Shown here: piece by piece, positions 41,991 to 57,409 of the stretch
Layout: every line of letters begins with the position of its first letter
Position numbering within the stretch: position 1 is the first letter of the stretch
Assembly: GCF_006345805.1 (NCBI RefSeq)
Contig: NC_043004.1
Coordinates: forward strand, 99,510,001 to 99,574,000
DNA length: 64,000 nucleotides
Direction: 5' to 3'
Source of the DNA: Octopus sinensis
Lineage: Eukaryota
Program-made: the position numbers and the translations under genes
Notes under the pieces: generated by a model
What the model was told of the DNA's origin: nothing
Database searches by the model: none
The model's input: the letters and a program-made list of their open reading frames with translations, nothing else

Positions 41991-42411
41991 AGTGGTAATA
42001 GAAAGACGAGAGGAAGAGAGGGAGGGGAGGAGAAGATCAACAACAATTGTAGTAGTAGTAGTAGTAACATTTTCTGTTGTTGTGACTGCTACTGCTGTTA
42101 TTACAAGTATTCCTTGCTTGCTGTGAATATATATGAAGTCAATAACAGTTCCTGACATCATTGAAATTCATAAAGAAGTCTCTTAAGAACGTGTAGCGAC
42201 AGCACCGACTGCCGCTATACACACCTAAGCAGTAATAGTGATGATGGCGATAGTAATGGTGGTGGTGGTGATGGTGGCGGTGGTGATATTGGAGGTGGGT
42301 GACATGGTTTGCAATGTTTGATAGTGTCGACGGTGGTAGCTGTAATGGTTTTGATGATGATGTTTCTGGTAGTGTGAAAATGGCTGTGGTTCTAATATTA
42401 GTAAAGGTGGA

Positions 42412-42635
42412 TAAGGCGGCGAGCTGGAAGAATCGTTAGCATGCCGGGCGAAATGCTTAGCAGTATTTCGTCTGCCATTACGTTCTGAGTTCAAATTCCG
42501 CCGAGGTGGACTTTGCCTTTCGTCCTTTCGAGGTCGATAAATTAAGTACCAGTTGTGTATTGGAGTCGATATAATCGACTGGTCCCCTCCCCACCAAAAA
42601 CTGTCGGGCCTTGAGCCTAGAGTAGAACAGAATAT
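42412..42635 (+). mobile_element. Family A SINE (single unit)
   Basis: AAGGCGGCGAGCTGGAAGAATCGTTAGC...GTTCTGAGTTCAAATTCC...TAGAGTAGAACAGAAT. Confidence 0.85.
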
Positions 42636-42729
42636 TAGTAATGGTCGTAGTGGTATTGATGTTGCTGATGGTGCTTGTGGTGGATGTAGTGCTGGTGATG
42701 TTGGTGGTTTGGTAACCTTCGTTGCTTGT

Positions 42730-43043
42730 ATTGTTGTTGTTGTCTGTTTCTTCTCGAGCCATGCCTGTCTCATAAGGGCCGGTTTCCCGGTTTCTTGGCG
42801 TATAGGTTCCCCACCTGGACGAGACGCCGGTCCGTCACAGGTGAACTGCAAGATGCAGGAGGAAAGAGTGAGAGAAAGCTGCGGCGAAAGAATCAGCAGA
42901 AGTTTCGCTGTTACCTTCTGCCGGAGCTGCGTGGAGCTTAGGTGTTTCGCTCATAAACACACACATCGCCCGGTCTGAGATTCGAACCCGCGATCCCTCG
43001 ACCGTGAGTCCGCTGCTCTAACCACTAAGCCATGTGCCTCCAC
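42730..43043 (-). mobile_element. tRNA-derived SINE (family D)
   Basis: Minus strand: GTGGAGGCACATGGCTTAGTGGTTAGAGCAGCGGACTCACGG...GGTTCGAATCTC; (CAA)n tail. Confidence 0.85.
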
Positions 43044-43504
43044 TTGCTAGTATTGTGGTGGTGATGATTTCACTCTTGGTTGTCTAATGATGTCGGTGTT
43101 TGTGCTAGTCTGGTAGAGAATGTGATGTTAGGGATGATGTCGAGAGCATAGGTCTAGTTTACGTATAGATGTTATAGTGACAGAAGTATTAGTGGTGGTA
43201 TGTACAGATATCGAGCCATATAATGGTTGTAGCCGCGTGAGAGGTGACAATGTTGTTAATAGCTGGAGCTGAGGAGTTGATATTGGTTTTGGTGGTATTG
43301 ATTCTGCTAAAAGTGTTTGTTTGGTGGTAGAAAATGTAGTAGAAATGGTGGTAGTTATATAAACAGGATCCAACTGGTATTCGGTATTGAGCTTGTAGTG
43401 GTAGAGGTGTTGTCTTCGTGTCCCAGCAGTAGTGTTTTGTAGCAATGGTTGTCATTTTATAGGTTGTGATGGTCTAGCCATTGCAATTGCTGTTGCTATT
43501 GAGT

Positions 43505-43866
43505 GAAGCGGTCTTCGTCCCAAAGCTCACAGTGAGAGAAGACCGAATCATGGTCCTTTGCTATTCGTAAGACCTGCAGAAGAGAACGCAGGTCAACCCC
43601 CGACACCGAGAGCATCGACGGATGGATTAATGTGCATCCAGTCTCAGGGATTGCGTAGGAAGTCGGGGATAAGAAACATGAAGAAAGAGTGAAAGAAAGT
43701 TGTAGCGAAAGAGTACAACAGGGGTCGCTACCACCCCCTACCGAAGCCTCGTGTAGCTTTAGGTGTTTTCGCTCAATAAACAGACATAGCGCCCGGTCTG
43801 GGAATCGAAATCGCGATCCTCCGACCGCGAGTCCACTGCCCTAACCATTGGGCCATTGCGCCTCCT
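43505..43866 (-). mobile_element. tRNA-derived SINE (family D head, different tail)
   Basis: Minus strand: GGAGGCGCAATGGCCCAATGGTTAGGGCAGTGGACTCGCGG...TTTCGATTCCC. Confidence 0.8.
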
Positions 43867-44848
43867 GCCGTTGCTGTTGTTGTTGTTTCTGATATTAGGC
43901 AAGATGGTGATAGTAGCCATAGTGGTAGTTGTGGTGGTGGTGGTGTTGCTGGCGCTGGTGGTTTTGGTCTTATTTGTGGTAAGTGCGATGATCTTAAACA
44001 TAATCGTGTCCCTGATGTTGATGTAGCTGGTAGTGTTCGAAGTTGTGCTGAAAATAGTAGTAAAGATTGATGTTGCAATTGTTGCTACTATAGTGATGGT
44101 GTTTTGGTGTTGATGGTGGTGGTGGTGCCTTGGTGTTGATGGTAGTGGTTGTTTTCTTGCTGTTACTTTTAGTGGTGGTTTTTATATTAAGGGTGGTGGT
44201 GCCGACGGTGGAAGTGGTTGTGGCGGTTGCGGCAACTGCGGCGGCGTCTACGGTGACTACGGTGGCGACGGTGGCTGTAGCAGTAATGGTGGTAGTGTTG
44301 GAAGCGGCTGTGGCAGCGCTCCAGTGGTGTTGTTGTTGTTGTTGTTGTTATTGTTGTTGTTGTTTTTGTTATTGGTGGTGGTGTTGGTGGTGGCGGCGGC
44401 GGCTGCTTCGGCGGCAGTGGTAAAGGTGACAGTGGCGGTGGTGGTGATAGCGGCGGCTACGGTGTCGGCTGTGTCGGCGGTGTCGGCGGTGGCGATGGTG
44501 GCGATGATGGTTGTGACGATGGTTGGCGGAATTGGTTGTGTGATCCTTGGTGGGATAAAAGTAGTAAACATGGTGGTGGTTGTGGTGGCAATAAAATTTG
44601 TCGTTGTTGTGATGGTGATACTGCTAAAGAGTTTTTTTTTACTTTTATTTCATTTACTCTTGGTGCTGATGGAGGCGGAGGTTCTTCTTATGTATTATTG
44701 TGGGTAGAGGAGAGGCTTGGGGAGAAGTGGCAGTATGTGTTGTAATGTTGGTCATTAGCCTAGTGGTGGCATTCGTCATACAGAGTGAGAGTGGAATATA
44801 TTATGTATGTATGTAAGTATGTATGTATGGGATATATATATATATATT

Positions 44849-44920
<72 letters not shown>

Positions 44921-45241
44921 CATACATATATGTATGCATGTATGTGTGTATCGCTAAATATATGCATATATGTTTATGCATATATATAAACACATATATA
45001 TGTGTGTGTGTGTGTGTATAAATATTCATATATACACGTATATACATAAGTAACTGTATACACGCACACACACATTTATATATGCATACGTACATCTAGA
45101 TGGACACTCAAGTGTATGTATGTATACATTTATATTAATATGTGTGTATGTATGAGTGTGTTTGGGTGTGTCTGTTTATATGTGAGTGTGTGCATGTTTG
45201 TGTTTGTGAATGTGTGTGGGTAGGTGTGAGAAAGAGAGCGA

Positions 45242-45273
<32 letters not shown>

Positions 45274-45555
45274 CTATGTGTGTGTTTGCGTATGTCTGTA
45301 TATGTGGGTGTTATGATAAAGCGAGTTATAAAAGTAATGTTTCCAAGAATATATATATTATATATATTCTGGCCGCAAAGGGAAATTTTGCTATGCAAGT
45401 CGCCTTCCGATATAATTCCTTAACAATAATTCGCTTTTTGCGACGAAGAACGCGAAAGAACAACAACGAAAAAAAAACACAAAATTATGACCGTGAACAA
45501 CGCAGCACCAACCCTTCCAGCACCACAACCAATAACAAGCAACATGAGAAAACAT

Positions 45556-45586
<31 letters not shown>

Positions 45587-45909
45587 AGGGATATTGGAAT
45601 GATAATAATAATAATAATGATAATAATGATAATAATAATGATGATGATAACAACAAATGACTACTAAAGGAAAATGATAAATGTAACGATAATAAAATAT
45701 TAAAAATAATAAGACTAACCACAACGACAATAAAGAAATAAGAAATATTGATAATATACTAGGAATAATAATTACAACGAGGGACAAATAGAAACGAATA
45801 AAGACGAAAGATTGTTGTCTAGGAAAAACAGTAAAATTTACATCGTTTGTGTTGTAAACTGGTTTCGAAGAAGGAAAATGTCGCCTGGTTCGCAACAACA
45901 ACAACAACA

Positions 45910-45953
<44 letters not shown>

Positions 45954-45961
45954 TAATAATA

Positions 45962-45996
<35 letters not shown>

Positions 45997-46224
45997 TATA
46001 CAAACATATATACATTGACATACACACACACACACACACACACACTCACACACACACATATATATATATAATATATATATATTATATATATATACATATA
46101 TGCATACTTATGAATATATACATATATACACAGATATATGTATATATATATATGTTATATATGTATAATATATATATATTTATTCATATATATATATATA
46201 CATACATATATATATACATACATG

Positions 46225-46274
<50 letters not shown>

Positions 46275-46276
46275 TA

Positions 46277-46325
<49 letters not shown>

Positions 46326-46349
46326 TATATGAAAATATGTGTGTGTGTG

Positions 46350-46380
<31 letters not shown>

Positions 46381-46882
46381 ATAAAGCATGAATGTCATTA
46401 GAAGGGAAGTTGTGATACAATGTTTTCTATGATGGCAAAATACTTGGAGTAATAATGGTCTGTAAAGGTTTCTATTCAACGAACGTCAAGCTGGGACCTA
46501 TTACAGACAGCATACCGATGCTAACTGTTTTCATTTCGACAGATTTATGTAGTCAGCCCTCTTTCCTAATAAATACACGAGCAATTTGATATTTAATACT
46601 CAAAGCAATCGTTGTTATGTTGAAAGTTAAAATTTGATAAATCTATGTGAAACGTTATATATTTATATAGCCGTTGGTATGGCTGTGTCGCTAAGAACTG
46701 ATTCCCCATTGGGCAAATGTGTTTTAGTAAAGCCTTGAGTTGATTAATACCTTCTGAGTAAAATGTGTTACACGTTTGCAGAAGCGACACCCATCCTGTG
46801 TTTGGACATGTATGTATGAATGCATTATGCGTGTGTAAATCCATATCAGGACATACCTTTATATGTATATATGTATATATGT

Positions 46883-47220
46883 ATATATATGAAAGAAAGT
46901 TTGAAAATGCAATTTTAAAGATGTTTATTAAACATCTTTAAAATTGCATTTTCAAACCTTCTTTCATATATATTTCCACACGTGCGGTACCTTACAACTT
47001 CATGTGGTGAAGCAAATTTTTTGCTGAACCCTAATTATAATTATACTCATAATTATAATATATATATAATTTGACACTGAATTATTGGAAGTCCACCTGA
47101 AGATTGTCGATCAAGACAAGAAACGATTGTAGTGGCGGTTTTTTTGACTATTTATTAAAATTTTATGTATTGATTAAGTCTTTCCTTGTTTGTTTTGCAA
47201 AATAGTGGTTTTGTCTCGAA

Positions 47221-47222
<2 letters not shown>
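46883..47222 (+). mobile_element. TA-inserted hammerhead-bearing element with 5' foldback (46883-46973)
   Basis: Near-perfect palindrome GAAAGAAAGTTTGAAAATGCAATTTTAAAGATGTTTA/TAAACATCTTTAAAATTGCATTTTCAAACCTTCTTTC, then a hammerhead; TA tracts on both sides. Confidence 0.6.
47093..47135 (+). ncRNA. Minimal type I hammerhead ribozyme (intact core)
   Basis: CCAC-CTGAAGA-TTGTC-GATCAA-GACAA-GAAAC-GATT-GTA-GTGG. Confidence 0.85.
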
Positions 47223-47264
<42 letters not shown>

Positions 47265-47424
47265 ATATATGTATATATGTATGTATGTGTGTATATATGT
47301 ATGCATATGTATATTTAAACTTATATGTATACATACATGCATACACATATACATAGAGAGAATGTGTGGGAGAAATAGATGGGGAGGAAGGAGAGAAAGA
47401 AGGGATCGGCATGCATACTTCCAT

Positions 47425-47460
<36 letters not shown>

Positions 47461-47469
47461 TTGAACATT

Positions 47470-48800
47470 TGAAGAGAAGGTCCGATTATCTTGTGAATCA
47501 TTTTGAAGCATAATTTCAAAACTGGAACATCTCCTGTTCTGTACCATAGCCATGTCATTATGTTTTCCCACTCCGCAATATTTCACTATCAAAAGTAATG
47601 ACAATACTTCCTGACTGACATAAGCCTCGTTTGCGTTAGCAATACTGAGATTAGATCCTAAGTATGCACTCACATTGACTCAAAACATTCTCCTCTGCGA
47701 CATGCACATTGCTTAATTTCCCTACACAATAACCACGGCTTTAGTAGCGTAACAAATATTTTCCAGATTGCGGGGACTAATTACCACATATTTTAGATAA
47801 GAGTGTTTCTTTTCACCATAACACTTGGTTGAATTATATTTTTCCACAAGCTTAAATCTCAAACACCTCTCGCAAAAATATCTTCAGATTTCTCAGTAGA
47901 GTTTCCTTGTCAAGCTATTATTCAGTTACTCATCTTATCTCTTATCTTCTCATACATTTATCTAATATTTTTCTTTTGCTTGGGACACGAATAACAGTTG
48001 ATATTATTGATACATCTTTCATTTTCCATAATCTCTTTATGTTCTTCGTTTTATTTTATTGTTAACCTTTCATCTATATTTATCATCTATCACCTCTTAT
48101 TCTTCATTCTTGTTGTCTCTCGGGAGACGAAGAAAATGAGAATAGCAAATACATGAATCTGTATAGTTAGTATCTCTCCTTGTTCTGTCTGTTGAAGCTT
48201 AAAATCTGTTTGGATCAGAAAAATCTCAAGAGAATCATAAATCTATCATATTGATATACATTCTCAGAGTTATGGTTCGGTTTTTATAATTTTCCTGCAC
48301 AATCTATATCAGGTTTTCTGGAATAATAATTTCCAATCCAGAACTGGGGTAACCATAGCATTGCTTTGCTTGCTTCATTTGTATTGCTTCTGAAGCAAAG
48401 TCTCAGACACTTGGTCAGAACGAGAGGAATTCTTGCAATAATATTAGTGCTTAGTCAACACTTTAGGGAAATATACCAATCATCTATCTTCTTTTTAATG
48501 GGATTAGTTCACAATGTTTCTTCAAATGCTTCTAAGTAGAATCCCTGCAGTATCTTTCTTTAATACAAATCATGTCAACATATCTCCCTCTTCTTTCTTC
48601 TCATTTATCTTCCCTTTTGTAGTCATATTTCTTTGCCTATGAAATCTTCTCCATCATTCCTGGTCATTAGCTATCATTCTCTCTCTGTACTATCTTTCGT
48701 TCATCGGGATTTATTCAGCTATAACTTCTTTTACAATTATTTGCTTTAGCTATTCCATTTTAGAGTGTTTGCTTCAAATGTATTAATATACGACCCAAGA
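47470..48800 (-). mobile_element. Heavily decayed LINE reverse-transcriptase remnant (RTE-like)
   Basis: Minus-strand fragments resembling RGLRQGC..SLLL and TKAVVIVGK; many stops and frameshifts; boundaries approximate. Confidence 0.45.
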
Positions 48801-49025
48801 TGATACTTTGCTGATCGTATGTAATCGGTCAATACCGGTGATTAACAAAAGTATTACTGTGGTCAAACCAATAAAATGACCACTCTTTGACTAAGTACTC
48901 ATGAACCGGAATTCCTTATCAAGGCGTGTGTGCAGTGTTCCTACAACCCGTCGACCCTAATACAGTACATATGCAGTTCTAGACAATTTCTTGTCCGAAA
49001 CAGTATGTAATATTTGTAATACACA

Positions 49026-49058
<33 letters not shown>

Positions 49059-49078
49059 ACACACACACACACACACAA

Positions 49079-50346
49079 TACACACATGACAGAAATAATA
49101 CATAAACATGACAGGAGTAAATAAAATTCCAGAAAGCCTGAAAAAATTTTGATGATTATAAGGGTGTCCCTTATAATCGTTAAAATTTATTTAAATTTGA
49201 AATTATACATTCAAATTATTTATAAATCATTATAATATTAATATCTAATATTTGGTAGACATGCATTCCGCATTTTTTAATGCAAGGACCCTAATAGGGA
49301 TGCGACTGATCAGTTGACAAATATTCTCTTGCGGGACTTCTGGTCAAGTTTCATGCAGTGATCTCAAAATTTCTGGCTTTCTTGATCTTTTTATGAAGTG
49401 TCCTGTCTATTATGTCCCAGATTTGTTCAGTAGGGTTCATATCTGATGACTGGCTTGGCATGGAAGCTTTTTAAGTTATTCTTTTCTAATTACGCTTAGG
49501 TCCTTTCAGTCGTGTGACAAGGAGCCCCATCTATAAATAAAATGTCTTCTTTAATCATTTCACCACTGGAGAAGATTGGAAGAAGTCCTTTCTGAAATAT
49601 GGACACATATTTATCTGAGTTTGTTTCCTTCTCACTCCACCAGCTCTGATAAAACATTACTCTAAATTGCTCCCAAGACCATCACAGAATAGCCTCCGTG
49701 TTTCATTGTTGCAATCTTTTCAAGTCAAATTCCTGATCACAGAGTCGCCAGACCCACACTTGACTGCTGTCAGAAAATACAGCAAATCTGAACTCATCAA
49801 AGAATATGACAGTGTACGAAAATGCTGGTGGGCCTTTCCACCGTCTCACTGGCCCAGTCAGTTCTTCACTTGATATAGGCTGTTCGAAGAAGTGGCTTCT
49901 TTCTTGCTGTTCTGCCATAGTAACTAAGTTTGTGGAAATATTTGACAGCGGTTCTGGGACTGACATCAACTTGTTCTGCTATGTCATAGGCCTTGCAATG
50001 AGGATTATCCTTCTCTTAACAAAGCAAAGGGTGCTGTCAGAGGGCCTTGGTCAACTTGGGTAAGGTGATGTGGACTCCTTCCCTTCTCTGGTGAATTGAA
50101 CAATTATTCTATTAACTGTAGTTAGTGGGATCCTAAGGTTTTCTGCGATTTTACGCTGACTAGCCCAAAGTACAGTCTCTTTTAAATTCGGATAGTTCCA
50201 ATGCTACTTTTGTACGTGGCATGATTAAACAGTCACATATAGAATCTGAAACATGAAAATGTCAATAAAGAGTATATAACTATTCATGTTAAAATAAACA
50301 TAAACGATATCTCATGGGGTGTCCCTTTATTTCTGTCATATCTGTA
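49079..50346 (-). mobile_element. Tc1-like DNA transposon remnant
   Basis: Terminal inverted repeats TACACACATGACAGAAATAA / TTATTTCTGTCATATCTGTA; minus translation VIFFDEFRF...VWR, HGGYSVMVLGAI, PDMNPTEQIWD. Confidence 0.85.
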
Positions 50347-50529
50347 CACACACAGAGACATACACACATATATATATAAACAAATGAGAAAACCAGGAAA
50401 AGGAACGCACGTGGTTCTGTATTAATAACAGCGGTCTTTTTGAACCATCTTTCATTGAATAGTTGTATGTATTGCGTGGTATTTATATAGAACTGAAGCA
50501 GATTTAATTTTTTGGAATCGGGAGTATTT

Positions 50530-50845
50530 GCATTATAGGGCAACGACCTCCGTCGGTCATAAATGACCATGGGACTACGCCTAGAAAGTTCCCCTTCCAG
50601 GGACAAGTTTGGTCAAGGTTGTTTTATGGAAGACCGGAAGTCGCCTATGCATACCATTCTCCCCACTCCACACCACCATTGTAGTCTAAATGAAAGGCAA
50701 ATGCCGATGCAACTTGGAACCAATGACGTCGCAACTCATAAACTGGAGCAATATGACATAAAGTGTCTTGCTCAAGAAAACAACACACAACCTGGTCCTG
50801 GAATTGAACTCACTACTTCATGATTGTCAGCCCGACACTCTAACC
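50530..50845 (-). mobile_element. tRNA/CORE-like SINE
   Basis: Minus strand: TGGCTTTGTGGTTAGAGTG...GAGTTCAATTCC...TTGAGCAAGACACTTTAT, similar to 164-495. Confidence 0.7.
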
Positions 50846-51353
50846 ACAAAGCCATGAGCCTTCATTTGCATTATAGAGGTTAACAATATTAATAATGCGG
50901 TGGTTAGAGCAGAGTGCTAGTGTTTCTGTCTATGCAGTGATACCAAGTGTAGCCTTTTTTTAATGCAGCAACGTGGTAATGTTTAGTCATATGATTGTGG
51001 TTGTTTCTGTTGTTGCTGTTGATGTTTAGCCCTTGGTGGGGTTTCACGCCATGGCCACAATCATACGTCATATGTCAATGATTTCAATTTTACGATGGTA
51101 GAGTTATATATATATATATATAGAACAATCTTACTTAGAAATGGATGCGTGCGTTCCGTCATATAATAAATTAATAAATAAAATAAAACATATGCATATA
51201 TACATACATATATGTACGTACCTACCTCTACATGTATATATACATGCATATATGGGTACAGGACACCAAAAAACACCAAAACAATGTGAAACGAAAACAT
51301 AAACACAAAACCAATGTTTGTATATATGCATATGCTTTATTTTATTTATTAAT

Positions 51354-51424
<71 letters not shown>

Positions 51425-51426
<2 letters not shown>

Positions 51427-51590
51427 GGAGTAAACACATAAATGTGAAACAGGTGGAAAAAAGAGTACTCAAACACCAGTGGTAGAGTAATAATGCTTTA
51501 TTTAGAGCAGTAGAAAATTCAATAAAACCTGTTACTCTGAGTTTCAGAGTAACGGGTTTTGTTGAATTTTCTGCTGCTTTAAATAAAGTA
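51425..51590. repeat. TA-flanked element with foldback (51495-51588)
   Basis: GCTTTATTTAGAGCAGTAGAAAATTCAATAAAACCTGTTACTCTGA is reverse complementary to TCAGAGTAACGGGTTTTGTTGAATTTTCTGCTGCTTTAAATAAAG. Confidence 0.8.
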
Positions 51591-51606
51591 TATATATATA
51601 TTATAT

Positions 51607-51775
51607 ATGACGGGTTTCTTTCAGTTCCCGTTTGCTAAATTCACTCAAAATGGCTTTGGTCGGCCCGAGGTAATAGTTGAAGACACTTGCTAAAAGTGTC
51701 ACATGCAGTGGGACTGAACCCGGACCCTTATGGTCGGGAAGAAAGATTATAACAACACAGCCACGCCTGCGCCTA
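51607..51775 (-). mobile_element. 5' half of family B SINE
   Basis: Matches 31090-31250. Confidence 0.75.
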
Positions 51776-52062
51776 TATATATGTATATATGAGGTCCATG
51801 CTCACAGAAGTATATGTAAATACGCATATGCGCATGTATTAACATTCGGTTAATCATAAATGCTTGTACTTTTGGGTGTTTCATGAGTATATATGTTTAT
51901 ATGTAGGTATGAATATATGCCAAGCAGTGTAGGAGAGACTCGGTTATAAAGGAAATTCCAATCCAGCTACAATAATTATGCACACATACACGCAGAATAA
52001 TACCTACTAATACATACACACACATGTATGTATGTATATGCATAAATGTACATATATCTACA

Positions 52063-52093
<31 letters not shown>

Positions 52094-52137
52094 TATATAT
52101 ATGTATGTATATATATATATATATATATATGTATATG

Positions 52138-52189
<52 letters not shown>

Positions 52190-52784
52190 ATGTATGTATA
52201 TATATATATATATATATATATTATATTAATATATATATTATATATATATAATATATATATATATATATAGGTTATGTATATGTTATCTGCAGACACACAT
52301 TGATATACGTGCACACACAAATATCCATTTCACTGTTGAACAGTTTATGTAAATCCTCTAATATAAATATGCCATCTACAGAGATATTTAACCAACGTGA
52401 GGTTCTTAGTACAAACTACTTTAAAGAATTGAATTTTTCCCATTGATAAAGGCCTCAGTTGTGCTCGGTGCTGAAAGCTAAGGGAATCATATTGAAGCTT
52501 AGAATAAAAGAGGAGAAGAAGAAGCAAAAACGGTCTTTACGTCATGACTACTTCCCTAATTTCTGATTCGTGCAAACAGTGGTATTTACAAGGAAGCAAG
52601 CGATGTATCATTGTCCACAAAATTACACAAATTAATGCATATCCTTTTCGATCTAATTTTTTATTCCTTTTGGCAAATTTAGCTATTCTTGTGTGTTATT
52701 TACGAATTTATATATATTTTATATATTTGCATATACATTTTATATATATATATACACATACACAAGTATACATACAGACATACA

Positions 52785-52850
<66 letters not shown>

Positions 52851-52975
52851 ATATATATATATAATATATATATATATATAGATATATAAGATATATATAT
52901 ATGTATATATATATATGTATATGTATATATATATATGTATCTATCTATATATATATATATATAGGTGTGTATGTA

Positions 52976-53020
<45 letters not shown>

Positions 53021-53045
53021 GTGTATGTATACTTGTGCTTGTGTG

Positions 53046-53129
<84 letters not shown>

Positions 53130-53850
53130 TCATGATGGTATTCAGACGTGTGTGAATGTATGTGTTTGTGCACGTGTGTCAAGAATTTATATTTGCATTA
53201 AAGCAGGCGAGAGTGTGTGGACATTGTGTGGCTGTGTTGAGAAATGTCTATTGTCTTTTATGGCGAGGACTCTCCAGCCACGTACGAATTCAACGTTCGT
53301 GTCCAATATGTGCTGAAAACGTGATATGACTTGTACTTTCACAGAATTTACAACAATGAAAGATATTCAAATCTCAACATCACTTCTATTGTGTTCGCAG
53401 AATCTAATAGCATGGGAATTTCTTGTGTTTGGTGAAGGGGTGTCTGGTGTGGTGTCGGGTGTTAGAATGTCTGTCTAGGACTGGTTTGTCAATGAATTAA
53501 ACTGTTGCGCTCGTACACACCCACGCACCCATACACATCCATGCACACTAATACACACAAACACGCACGCATACAAACACGAACATGCCCAATCCTTCTC
53601 ATCTCTCCTATAATGAGAACCAGAGGATGTATGGATCCAGTAGCAAATCCTGTTCAAGATAACTTTTGGATCTCGACATTAAGATAAACTAAAATAATGA
53701 AGAAAATAATCTCGATAGAGTTGGACTTGAATGCAGAATAAAAAAGTTTCGCCTACAAATAAGTCATGCTCGTTTGAACTCATCACCTTTCAGTAAGTGT
53801 TACTAAAACCTGATTCAGTCATCCGTCCCAGCTCCAATATAACAGCGTGA

Positions 53851-54297
53851 GTGGAGGCGCAATGGCCCAGTGGTTAGGGCAGCGGACTCGCGGTCGTAAG
53901 AACGCGGTTTCGATTTCCGGACCGGGCATTATGATTGATTATTGAGCAAAAACACCTAAGCTCCACGAGGCTCCGACGGGGTGTGTGTGTGAAACCCGCT
54001 GTATTCTTTCACCAAAACTTTCTCTCACTCTTACTTCCTACTTCTGCCACAAAGCAGAGGAACCATGGTGTAACCCAGTATGGTGTGGCAAACTTTCAGA
54101 ACCTAGTCTAGATTGCGAATCCTCTGTACTCCAAGACGGTTCAACTCTTCACCCGTTAAAGGCCACCGTTTACGGAATGAGGATAACAACGGTATGCATG
54201 GGCGACTGCTGGTCTTCCATAAACAACCTTGCCCGGACTTGTGCCTGGGAGGGTAACTTTCTAGGTGCAATCCTATGGTCAATCATGACCGAAGTGG
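53851..54297 (+). mobile_element. tRNA-derived SINE (family D head)
   Basis: GTGGAGGCGCAATGGCCCAGTGGTTAGGGCAGCGGACTCGCGG...GTTTCGATTTCC; tail similar to the reverse complement of 50540-50640. Confidence 0.8.
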
Positions 54298-54421
54298 GTG
54301 TGGGGCTCAGTATATATATGTGTGTGTGTGTGTGTAAAAAGTAAAGAGTAAAAGAGTCGAAAGGAAAAGTAAGTACGGTTAGGCAGCATTTTAATGATCG
54401 CTACAAATTTTTCGCTACATA

Positions 54422-56262
<1,841 letters not shown>

Positions 56263-56501
56263 TTGACAAGCAGTAGGTGTAGGTACAAACACAAACACTA
56301 ATATACACACGTGCACACACATATGGGCTTCCACATAGTTTCAATCCAACGAATTCACTCATGAGGCTTTGGATGGCCTAGGACTCTAATAGAAGGCATT
56401 GCCCAAGGTGTTGCGCAGTGGAACTAAACACAAACGAGAACTACGTTGTTGCAAAGCGTGCTTCTTAAACACCCCTGCCTGTGCCTGTAAATTAAATCTT
56501 T

Positions 56502-56621
56502 AGCCTATAGCCTCCATGTGTCTCAAGCGGTCACCCATCTAAATGCTGACTTGGCCCAACATTTCCTTCACTTCGGTGATCAAATGAGAACTGACGTTTT
56601 CAACGTGATATGGCCATATAC
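56502..56621 (-). pseudogene. 5S rRNA pseudogene
   Basis: Minus strand: TATGGCCATATCACGTTGAAAACGTCAGTTCTCATTTGATCACCGAAGT...GATGGGTGACCGCTTG...GCTATAGGCT; ~120 nt, colinear with metazoan 5S, many substitutions, isolated copy. Confidence 0.85.
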
Positions 56622-56914
56622 TTCCCATGTGAATCAGAAACTGCCATATGCTTAGAAACAGCAGTATCTATAGCGTCTTCCACAAACTCTTTTCCTTTTG
56701 CGAACACTGATTGCTAAAACTGGGGTAGAATAGCCAATGATACGGTTGGTTTTAATATCATAGCGGCGAATTAGGAGGTTTGACTGAGTGTCAGATAGAA
56801 TACCTCTTGGTATTTATACTGATGCTTTGTTCCCAGACTTCAAATGTGGCTACGGTAAACCCAGTTTTCATAATTTGATTGTTGATGAAAATTCATTTTC
56901 AAATCGATCAATGG

Positions 56915-57260
56915 AAATTGCAGATGTGTTACCAGTGCCGGTGGCATGTAAGAGAACCTTCCGTTTCGCGACCGTTGCCAGCACCGCCCAGTTTCGTGTC
57001 CGTTGCCAGCCTCGCCTGGCCCTCGTGCCGGTGGCACATAAAAAGCACCATCCGTTCGTGGCCGTTTGCCAGCTCTGTCTGGCACCTGTGCGGGTGGCAC
57101 GTAAAAAGCACCCACTACACTCTCGGAGTGGTTGGCGTTAGGAAGGGCATCCAGCCGTAGAAACACTGCCAGATTTGACTGGGCCTGATGAAGCCTTCTG
57201 GCTTCACAGACCCCAGTAGAACCGTCCAACCCATGCTAGCATGGAAAACGGACGCTAAAC

Positions 57261-57294
<34 letters not shown>

Positions 57295-57295
57295 T
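56915..57295 (+). mobile_element. RTE-associated SINE/non-autonomous element with internal tandem repeats and (GAT)n tail
   Basis: Three copies of GTGCCGGTGGCAC(G/A)TAAAAAGCACC, then GGTTGGCGTTAGGAAGGGCATCCAGCCGTAGAAAC, then (GAT)n. Confidence 0.7.
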
Positions 57296-57409
57296 TCCCG
57301 GACGATGTTTTTGAAGGCACTGATAGCACATCAGAGGAAAATGCCTTCGATACTCTAAACTGTGTTGACTATAAAGCAGTGATGTTTCCCCTGGGTAATA
57401 TCAGTGAAG

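Larger units (their letters stand above)
41930..44720. repeat. Extended cryptic triplet low-complexity region (GGT/GTT/GGC) with SINE insertions
   Basis: Degenerate trinucleotide runs with stops in all frames; three SINEs inserted. Confidence 0.8.

Noticed and set aside
44130-44707. Mucin-like Thr/Ala- or Val-rich ORFs
   Set aside because: Degenerate triplet repeats open in several frames on both strands; the region is interrupted by SINEs and has no clear splice structure
57185-57230. CTGATGA motifs here and at ~17319, ~17469, ~26612(-) and ~60264
   Set aside because: No stem II-GAAA-NUH arrangement downstream
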